Assembly (NCBI GenBank): GCA_001642005.1
Contig: LWCA01000059.1
Span: 1,238-65,237 of the forward strand
Direction: 5' to 3'
Source: Intoshia linei
Lineage: Eukaryota; Animalia; Orthonectida
DNA: 64,000 bases
How positions within the stretch are numbered: position 1 is the stretch's first letter; every line of letters begins with the position of its first letter. Made by a program: the position numbers and the translations under genes. Positions 26,801-37,600 of this stretch are shown piece by piece. Under the pieces are notes generated by a model. It did not search any database and was not told where the DNA came from. It saw nothing but the letters and a program-made list of their open reading frames with translations.

Positions 26801-28147
26801 CAAAGGAACTTCGTTGTGAGAATCGAAAGCATTAAAACCTGCACTGTCATATTTAGTAGTTCTATTTCCTCTCAAAATTTTATTACTAAAAGCAATGAGC
26901 ACCTATAATTATATTGTATCCTATATAAATCTTTATATAAATTACTTCAGGTATGTAATAATATCCGGCTGTAACAAGGGCATCAATAAAATTATCGCGA
27001 CCGTCGCTTCGAAGTTCAAAAATTGGAACCTAAATGTCAGAGTGAAAAATAATTATATTGTTTACTTGCGATCCTGTCAAAATGACAGGTTTGCCTAAAT
27101 TTTCCAACATAAACGATAAGGCAGAAGCTGTATAAGCCATAGTATCTGTTCCATGTAGTATGACAAATCCGTCGAATTCTTTATAATAATTCTATCCAAA
27201 AAATAACCCAATTTATTACTTAAATTACTTTTATGTCATTTGCTATTTGTACCCAATTTGAAATACACATGTTAGCCGAGTCTAACAACGGATTGTATTC
27301 AATAACATCGTAAATAATTTTAAAATTGTCCTTTTTACCCCTAAATAAGTTTAAATTTAAATTTGATGTATTTACGGAAGAACAAGAGGAATTTCGTCCA
27401 ATTTAGGAAAGTGTTCATTAATATACTCGATATCGTTGAATAGAGTAGAATTGCATAGTTCACTTTTCAAAACATTTTTGGATGGAACATAAACTAAAAC
27501 ATTAGCGTTGAATAATTATATTCATTTTCAGGGGTAAAAAAAAGTTAATTATAAAAGACACAGGCATATTTCAATTTTTTTTAAATCAGAAAAACTCTAA
27601 ATAATTCAGATTTTATAATTATAAAATTTAATATAAGTTATTTTTTCTTAATCATCTAATACAGAGGTAGGGGAAGCATTTAATATTCGAAGACCGCACT
27701 AACGTCCCAAAAATTTAATAAGGCCGCACCTTTCTAAATAAAAATTAAATCAACTACTGCAGTGCTTCTCATGTGGGTGAATACGAAAATTTTAGATGAT
27801 TAAAGTGAATTATACATTTTTAGCATTTGTATTCAAATTAATGAAATTTTATGAGAAAAAACCAAAATTTTACCAATATTTTTTTTAAAATCCCATTTCA
27901 CCAAAAATTACTATAAAATATTTTAAATGAAAAATTGTTCAGAAGGCCGCACTTTTACCACTTCTGATCTAATATATATTAAATTATTTTTAAAATATAC
28001 CACTGATTACGCAATATTACCTCCATTTTTTGTTTTCATCCCAATTGTACCACCCGTGTATATGACCAATATCGACTTAAAACACTCATTGACAGTTAAC
28101 AAAGAAATCAATTTACCAATATCAGCAATATGATTTTTTTTATTCAT
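23873..28147 (-). CDS. ASPG: L-asparaginase / 60-kDa lysophospholipase, tandem copy 2
   Basis: Same exon structure and catalytic motifs (GGTIG, HGTDT, RGNRTTK) as copy 1. Confidence 0.93.
24319..24825. mobile_element. hAT MITE, family A copy 1 (ASPG2 intron)
   Basis: TIR TAGG(A/G)GTGTGAA; perfect 8-bp TSD ATATGTAT; closely similar inverted copy at 44504-45009. Confidence 0.9.
27662..27966. mobile_element. hAT MITE in ASPG2 intron 1; related partial inverted copy from ~59890
   Basis: CAGAGGTAG...CCACTTCTG ends, perfect 8-bp TSD ATCTAATA. Confidence 0.85.
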
Positions 28148-28200
28148 AATAAAATCAAATGGATTTAAATTTTATTTTATGTACAATAAGATGAATGACA

Positions 28201-29590
28201 TTAAACGTTGAACTTATTTCTCAATAGACACATGGATATCCAAATTGCTTCCTAATAGAAATATAATGATGAGTACAAGATTGAATATGTTATATTGAGA
28301 TAAACCTCTGTTCTAATAGTTTTAGTTCCTTGATTTGGACATGTATTAACATAAAATTCGAAAAAATCTCGTACATTATCAGGCATATCACTATCTAATA
28401 AAACTGCATTCTCTAATCCTTTTACACCTCCAAAGACTACTAGACAGTGTCTAAAAAATAATAACATAATAGCGATTTGCATTTAAAAATATAGAAAAAA
28501 CCTAAATTTGGGGAAATCCACCTTTTCTACATTATCGCCTTTATCCGAAGTACCTATGATTAAATCATACCCGTTTTTAGAAAAAGAACATTCATTAAAA
28601 ACATTTGATAATTTATCTGCATATCGAATATAATACCCCCTGTAAAAATTTTCCTCCATATTGTAACGATATGGGTTTTTTATAAAACTGTCAATTTTAT
28701 CTAAATATATATTTTTTTTAAAATTATATTTTTACTTTTTTTCATAGATACGGTAATTCTTTCATTTAATTCAAATGCACCATCTACATGAGCCATAGAA
28801 TCCAAGCCAACATTTACCAAACATCGAGTATCATTAATTTTATCTACAATTATTCCCTCTCGGTATTTACATTCATCTGTGGATTGACAATGATGAGTCA
28901 TGTTGGTTGGATGCAATAAACCAGCAAATTTTAAATCTTGATGCATGTCAAATTTCTGACGTCGTAAATATGCTGGACATTCCAAATAATCCAGGATTCG
29001 CATCATTTTTTTGCACGCTTCCGTCGATTTACTAAAAAAATAATAACATTGATTACAAAAATTACCTATCATTTGGATTTTCATTAAAAATAATAATTTC
29101 ATCAATAGAATATACCGCTAAAACTTTTGATATCTGAAAATAAAAGAAATGTGAGTCGTTTTTACCTGATAAACAAGGGCTGTCTGTAAAATTGGATTTT
29201 GAACATTTGATAAAATCGATGCTGGAAGTGCTACTGAAATTGATCCGTTAAAATCTGTTAAATTAGATGAAACAATGAAAGTTTAGTGTCATATCATAAA
29301 ATTATACAAAAAGAAGTAAAGGAATATTTACTTTAATGTTCACGTAATACTTTATTTAATATACCTGTTTTATTTTTTCTAATGTTTTTCATAGCTTTTC
29401 TTAACTAAATATACATTAAATATTCCATAAATATTTTTTACGTGTATTAATGATTTGGAGGGTGTGTATAAATCTAAATTTTATAATAAATATAAATGTA
29501 TGATAAAATACCCTTCACAATTTTAATTGATCCATTAAATTTTTCTTTTTTTGCCATTTTTTTAGGTGGTTCTATCACTTCAGATTTTAA
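28201..29590 (-). CDS. SPOUT1: SPOUT-domain RNA methyltransferase (C9orf114/CENP-32); own ATG at 29557 or spliced from LYAR
   Basis: SISVALPASILSNVQ, IDEIIIF, LDYLECPAYLRR, AGLLHPTNMTHH, YREGI, IGTSDKG, VVFGGVKGLE, NTCPNQGTKTIRTE|EAI. Confidence 0.92.
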
Positions 29591-29827
29591 CTAAAACGAA
29601 ATATCACTAAATATTTCAGCATTAACTCATCATTCATGAAGACGTTAATATTAAATCAATATGGTTGTATAAAAAATCGTAAAATGATAAACACAACACT
29701 GAATTGCAATCTGGGGTAAAATGATGTACAACAAAATCGGCCTGTAGGTTTGCCTGACTTCGCAGTACAAACTTTGTACATATTTCGAGACAAAATAAAT
29801 TTTTTCTCTATGATAACATAAAATTAC

Positions 29828-30887
29828 GCAGATTTCCTTGAGTTTTTTATTTTTTATATAATCATCAATAAATTTCCATGCATTTTCGACTGTATTTGTA
29901 TCTCTAATTTTCAAACTATTCGAAACGAATGCCTAAAAATTATATCACATTAAAAGTAAATACAATATTTTTTCAATAATTAGCCAGTTCCGTAGTTTAC
30001 CAATCCAGTATAAATGTATGTCTAATTATCTTTGTATTTTGGAAATGTTCATAAACAGGGGCCAATGTATGGAAAAATTATTTAATAAAAATTCATAGTA
30101 TTATGTACGATTTGTGTTATATATTTCGCAAAATCACGGTAAAATTGGTGCCAACATTGGCGAACTAGTTGAAGAATATTGTAATTGTATCCAAATATAA
30201 TAAACAGTTTTTACAACAATGATGTATTTACCATAAATTTCTTAATTTTTTTGGGGATATTTGTAGATTGAAGTAATTTTTGGTAAACATATTTATCCTT
30301 TGACGTTTTTACAATAGCCACATTACATGCTTCATGAACCATCTAATATAAGAGTTATTTCATATAAATATAGTATTATAATATTACATTGGTCCAGTCT
30401 GCTTGCTTCTTATCACCCTTGGAGTGATCAATTTGGTTAACGTCAAAATTTGGCCCATATTTATTTTTTTCAGAAACGCACATTCTATGACTGTCAAAAG
30501 TATCCAAGCTAAATATTGATAAATAATAACAATAATATACAAACAGGTCATATACATCCGAAAATGACTATTCTCAACCTATCGGATATCGCCACTTCTG
30601 AGAAATTTCAGATTGTAACTAAATGATGAAAGAATTTTGATTTGATAATACAGAGATTAAATTATACAAATTATGTATAAGAAAAATTTAAGAATAAGAA
30701 ATTGGTACTAATATGTATTATTTAAAAAATTTCATGAAAAAAACTAAAAATTAATAAATATCAATTACCTAAATGTTTTTTGACAATCCATACAAGTGAC
30801 CATAGATTTGCAATTATATTCAATGTGATTTCTAACCATTTTCTTTCGAAGAGAATCTCCACAATTTTCACACGAAAACACTACCAT
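29828..30887 (-). CDS. LYAR: Cell growth-regulating nucleolar protein LYAR (C2HC zinc fingers + helical domain); 3' end unresolved
   Basis: MVVFSCENCGDSLRKKMVRNH..C..VTCMDCQKTF|..FDSHRMCVSEKNKYG..KGDKKQADW|..NIPKKIKKFM|AFVSNSLK..AWKFI. Confidence 0.88.
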
Positions 30888-32038
30888 TAATATCAAATTA
30901 AAGACTTCACGTGATTAAAATAAATAAAGTTACTATCTATTTAAGATTAGTCATTTTTGATATTCAATTTTACTATAAATTTTATACTAACGTAATTACT
31001 AATTAGTCGTATTGACTTTGGTTTAATTGACCCCACAAATACACAATATTAAATTTTCTAACCATTTTTTTTCGATCTTTTGGTTAATTGTACCGATATT
31101 CATGTAACCTTCGCTTAATGCAGCTAAATCAAATCTCTTCAAATTGGTAATTTATGAATTACCTTGAATTAGTGTGGTATAATTCTAGAATCCATTAACC
31201 ACACTTTGATGGTTAACTGTACTCAGTACAGTTAACCTTATATTATAGTACACTGTAATGTCAAAATTATCAAAATTTTTATTGAATATTCAAATATTAC
31301 ATTTAAAGTAGTGTTCAAAATGGTTCAAATTAAAATTGTACATTTATAAAATTAGCCAAATGAGTAATTCAACGTAAAAACGACAAATTTTTATAAAATT
31401 AGTAACTTTTTGAAAAGATAGAATAATACATATACCCGTTTACAACATTTGTAAATTAAGTAAAATTTTAAAAATCTATAATTATTATAAAATGTTGATA
31501 AACTTAATTTTTAAATTTTAAATCAAAATCAGTTATTCTAGCCTAGAACTTCGAACCTATCGTAACCGAGACCCCTTTTCACGGATTTGAACGAATTTTT
31601 TGTAAAATGGGGGCCATGTTTCCAAAGTGAGCATTAAAAAGATTATCTTTTTGAATATCATAACTATTTTGTGTTACATTTAAAATGTCAAGTTAAGAGC
31701 CTTAGAGAGGTCATACAATATGACACTATGCATCATTTTGTAAAAACATTTTTTAGGGGTAATTTTTCAATTTGAAGTGACTTCGATCTTGGTAGGTTCG
31801 GCTCTCGGGATAATTCAAATTTAATCATCAAAAAACTTATGATTATCGCACATAGTCAGTATTCAAAAATTTAAACTAAGTTTAAAACTAATGTTATATT
31901 CAATCTTTGTACTATGTAGTATATGATATTAACCATGTTAATAATAATAACTTGTTACATCTAAGTTGAAAATGATCAATAAATAACCACAAATAAAGAT
32001 ATGTTGACGAAAATTTGCTTAAAAACATTTCCAACATT

Positions 32039-34583
32039 ATGATTATATTTCAAATTTTGCTAATAGTAAAATATATTCACGGATACAACAAAAAATTGTC
32101 TGGCAATTTGCCAATAACTGAATATACAATACCATCTACTGCATATTACCCTTGCATAACTCGGAATGGAATTAAAATTTTTGGTTGCACATCTGATTAT
32201 GGGGGAAATTCAGGGATTGTAAACTTTCTTCTTCCAAGATCCGAATATACCTGGGAAGATGAATTCCACACAAATGTTATTAATAACAATGAAAATGTTG
32301 TTTATTTTATAAATGCTGACATGATCAATGAGTAATTTTTTTATAATAAAAATATTTATTAATTTTAGAAAAACTTTTAATTTTATATTTTTAAAACCCG
32401 ATAAAATTGCAGGGATTGTATTTTATGATGATACCGGAAAATATAATCATTGGAATGATACGCTATTTAGAAAATACATGTGTAATTTTTAAATTATACT
32501 GATTATTGTAAAAAATGTATAATTATGATAAATTTAGACGATTATTCAAAAATTCCCATAATCTATTTAAAAGATGTAACAACTTTGAAATTTATCAAGG
32601 AAGAGGTATACTAAAAATATAATGGATATCATTCCAATTTTATATTTCAGTGTTATGAAAAATATAATGCTAATGATAATATGGTTCGTAAATGTAAAGC
32701 CAACTTGCGGACAAGCATGACATCCCAAGCACCAGTAATGAAATGTTTGAATAGATCTGATGATAATTTCTCTTCCGCAATTTTTCAATCTCCCGGTATT
32801 TAACTATCAGTACACACACGGGGAAAGTGCTCCCGCGTTATGATTATTTAAGGGTTATATGACAGTGGGTTTAAGGTGGATAAAGTCCACTAGGAATATA
32901 TAAAATATCATGCCAGTGTGGAAACTTGATACAATTCATTTAAAAATAATTTAATATTTTTTGTCGTCATCAACTATAATATATTTATTCCCTAATTAAA
33001 ATATTTAGTTAGATGTAATTTATTGGGCGGAAAAAGCGTTCATTACATGACAGAATCAGATGAACCAATTTCATATCTGTTCCAAATACCTGTAAGTTCA
33101 TTTGACTGTATTTATGAAAAATAAAACATTTAATTGATTAGATTGATGGATTTTCAATGTTTGACGGATTTGCACCTAGTATTACCACTACAGTTGTCCC
33201 ACTTGCTCTATTTTTAAATTTTATGAATTCTTTAAACATGAAAGATTTAAAAAAAGAAATAATTTTCTCATTGTTTGGTGGAGTAATTACATTAAATATT
33301 AAAATTAATTCATTTAAACAGGAAACAATGAATTCGATTGGAAGTACTCGAATGAATTTAGACTTAAAAGATAAAACGTTTCCCAGAATGTTCAAAGTTT
33401 CTAAAACTGCTAAATACTACAATTTCAAATATTACAACATTCTATATGATTTTAATGCTACGCTTCAAGAGAATGTAATATTTAAATAAAAATGTGTATT
33501 CAGTATTAGTGTTTGAATTATTTTGACCAAATGGAACAGTACAAAACTGATTCAAAAGCAAAAAATACAGGACTCCTAGCATGTCATCAAAAGGAATTTG
33601 TAGAAAATGAGTAAACTAATTTTATTTTTTATTCCAGCATTTAGATTTCTATTCACGTCAATTTTTGATACCATTAAAAACTTTGAAAGGAATTGTAAAG
33701 TTAATAAAACTGATGTTAATGAGGCTATTGATAGTCATACCAAAAAAATTATTCAATTTATTTTTGGATATGAGAAAGTAAAACTATTTGACAGCAAAAG
33801 AAAATTTGACGTAATATAATTTAAATTGAGAGTTTATAATTTAGTAAATTATATTTAAAGTAAATTAAATTTACTAGCCAAACGAATTTATAAATTGTGT
33901 TGCTGTCAATTCCAATTGTACGTTATTTAATGCAGTCATTTCAGATCATGAAAAAATTCAATTAAGTAAAACCCTTATAAATTATATTACTAAAAAGAAT
34001 ATTATTTAATATTTTCTTGTATAAAATATTTAGGTGGTCCAATGGATTTATATGTTGGTATAAACGAAAATGAAAATATGTTCACATTCATGGTCAAGCG
34101 TTTAGTGGATTATATCACCGGAGAAAATGTACCCAATGTTAACATTACTGAATGCCACAACATGACTACCAAAGTATTTTAATACTGTATTTATCTTAAA
34201 TAATTTTAGAACTACACGTATATATGGATGAATGGATACAAAAAAGAAGGGTTATGTATAAAATCATCAGCATTTTATTCCAAAGCAATGTTAGAAAACG
34301 CCACAGATGATAAAGGTAGATTATGTTAAACATGTAACTAAAATATTCAGTGTACAGATATATAAATTCAAAACATTTAATGGCGGAAAGTAGTTGGAAT
34401 ACTGATAGTATACAATTTACCCTTTATATTGTACAGTCAAAAAATTATCAAGTAAATTGAAAATATTGTTATTATAATATATTTTAATTTTATTAGCGAA
34501 CAATTATTTCTGTTTCAATAGTATGGACAATTGTTGTTATTATAGGTTTGTGGTGGATATTTAAACATGTAACTTTGAAATAA
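32039..34583 (+). CDS. NCSTN: Nicastrin (gamma-secretase subunit), divergent and compact
   Basis: Signal peptide; YPC...FGCTSDYGGNSGIV; IDGFSMFDGFAPS; FSLFGG|ETMNSIGSTRM..DLKDKTFP; MAESSW; single C-terminal TM helix. Confidence 0.82.
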
Positions 34584-34602
34584 ATACATTTTATATATAA
34601 GT

Positions 34603-37600
34603 TTACATAAACGGTGGGGTACAGTCATGTTGAATTGTGAACCCGCTTTGTTGTATAATATAATGTGCTGCTTTGTTTCCAGTTATTATTCCTCTTTTAT
34701 AATCATTTTCATTTTTTATATAAACCGAAAGGAAGCCTATAAATTATTATAGTGAAATAAAAGCAAACCTCCAACAAAGGCATCACCAGCTCCGTTGGTA
34801 TCTACAATATTTTCTGGATTAATTTTTGTAATTTCAATTTTTTCAAATTTTACTGGCTCACAATCATCAAATTCTGCATAAAATACTGGATCAGAACCAC
34901 ACGTCATGATTAGCTTTAAAGAATGGTTATTGTATTGCGAAATTATTTTTTCTCCTAATAATTTTAGTAAATCTTTGGGTTTTCCTTCTATATTGTATAA
35001 TTTTGCCAAACTCAAAAATTCCTATAATTTAAAAATAAGAGTAACCTCTAAACCCGACACGTATAACCTAATTATAATTAAGTTATTATATTAATATTTG
35101 TTTCATCATAACAACTTTCATTCTACCCAAAATATTTTCCTATTTGTGTTTAAAAATTTATATATATGGCAGTCGTGGGGTAAAGGTTATACATGTCGCT
35201 GCGACATATCTGCAACATTGTCGCAATGTTGCGACTAAATGGTCATAAATAATATTTATTAAACAGATAATAAATAACCTGATCGTTTCCAATAATAATG
35301 TGAACATATTGCATCAATTTAACAATGTACGTGGATGCCAGATTACAAATAAATTCTGCTGATATATTGTAAACAATACGCTTGTTACCATCAAAAAGTT
35401 CCTTTGCCAATTTTATTATACATTGTGGCTTTAACATAAAGAAATAACCCTACATATAGTGTATAGAAATTTCTACAAAGATAACATTTAAAACCATGAA
35501 TAATTTATTATTTGTATTTTATGTAAATTATATTGCTCGCCGAAATATTATAATATAAATAAATTTAAATGGGGCCTCATATTTTCAAATTGATTATTTT
35601 ATAAATCATAGCATTTTCAAGTTGATAAAGTTGTGTACAGAATATATAATAAATGGTTTTTGTTAAAAAATTAACAATCGCCCCATTAAAAAATTTACAA
35701 TTATGGTAATTAAATTAAATCATAATTGCGTTTCAATTAATTCAGACTTCGTGGTCCTGTATAACTAAAAACTATTTATCTATGCAATTCGAAGAAAATA
35801 AAACTCCAGTTTATTTAAGAAAGTAAGAGGAATCGAGTTTTGAAAATTACATATTTCTATTACAGCTTTTCGAGAATATTGTTTTATTGCAAATTTCAGA
35901 AATTGAGTCCTTCAAAGTCAAAAACCCCAATTGTCCTTTTTTTAAATTCAAACCATTATAGAAATATAAAAAATACACAATCTCATAAAGATTTTAAATT
36001 CATAAACATTATGATAATTTCAAAATATTATATCTTCAGTTCAAAAACAAATTATCCTTTTTTGTAAAAATTAAAAGTCCTATAATTGTATACAACAGGG
36101 GTGGGGACCCTTTTGCGTGCAACGGGTCAAACCGCACATTTTATTTTATCACCTATCGCACCAAGAAAAATTCTTCAATTTTACTTCGTTCCATTTTTTA
36201 AAAATTTTTTTAATCAATATTACAAACCCTTATATCTATTTTCACTAGTTTAAGAATATTTTAAGGTTAATCGTCAATACATTTACTCTTTAAATGTATT
36301 TGAATGAAGTAAATTCTCATATTCGGCAAAATTTATAAAAATAATACTAAATCATTATGGTTTATTATTAATCAGTTAATTCACTTATACTTATGAATGA
36401 TTTTGCTTTTTTCTGACAATTGAATAAGACCTGGTTTAATGCTACTTGTGTATTAATTAAATTTAAACTATTTGAAATTTTTAATTTCACTCGCGTGTAG
36501 CAAAAATTTATAAAAGGGTCGCATGCGGCCCGCGGGCCATACTTAGCTCATATATGGTATACAACATAAATTCTGGGATATTTTTTAAAATCATAAGCAT
36601 TACATAAATCGCAACCTCAAAATAGTGCATTTTCACAATCAAAATCCCAGATTACCCTTTTTTTTAAAAATGAAAACAACCATAGAATTTAAAAGAAATA
36701 TACAGATGATACAGTAATTTACAGGTAACACAAATACAAAGTTTTAATTTGAACTAGTGACGCCTTCACGGTCAAAAAAGAACTTTAGTATTCATCTTTT
36801 TTATATAGAAACTATATTATTAAAACAAAAAATTTGAAATAATGAACGGTCTTACAATTAAAAAAAAAGATTATTCTTAAATGGCTTATCCAGTTGATGT
36901 AGATACAAAAATTTAAAACGTAAAACGTCAAAACGTAACTAATTTTGAAAAAACTTTAGTTGTATATTTTAAATTAATCATTAATTTAATGACAAGTTAT
37001 AGTATACAATGTTAATACATTAATGTTTGTATTTCCATATTACAGTAATAATCATCACACAGAGAATACTGCATTATTAGGTAAATCACAAAGTTATGTC
37101 GTTTTTATTGATGTAATTGATTAAAAACGCTATATCATCGATAAGATTTCACATATTTCCAAATATAAAATTTTTTTTTGTAACAATCATGTGTATGACC
37201 ACATCAGATGAGAACGTAATTTATTTAAATCTACATTTATTCAATGGTTATTTAGACGAAATATTTTAATGATTTTGAGGGACATTTACGTCATATTTTA
37301 CTGTATGAGTACTTTAAGGACCGCAGTGTAGTGGTATCTACCAAAAATATATGTGCTGTGTATGTTAAGGATGTTTTAAAAAACAGAAAATGTCAAATAT
37401 GGTTTAATAGATTTCGTGATGAAAACCACACCCTAATGGATTTCCAACGTTCCGGTAAATCAGTGGTTTTGTAAGATTTAATGAAGTAATAGATTTAATA
37501 AATGATTCCACTGCAAGTAATATTTTCTATCAAAAACCACTAAGTTCTTTTTGGTGTAATATGATTGATTTATATCCAAATGTATTTACGATTGCTTTGA

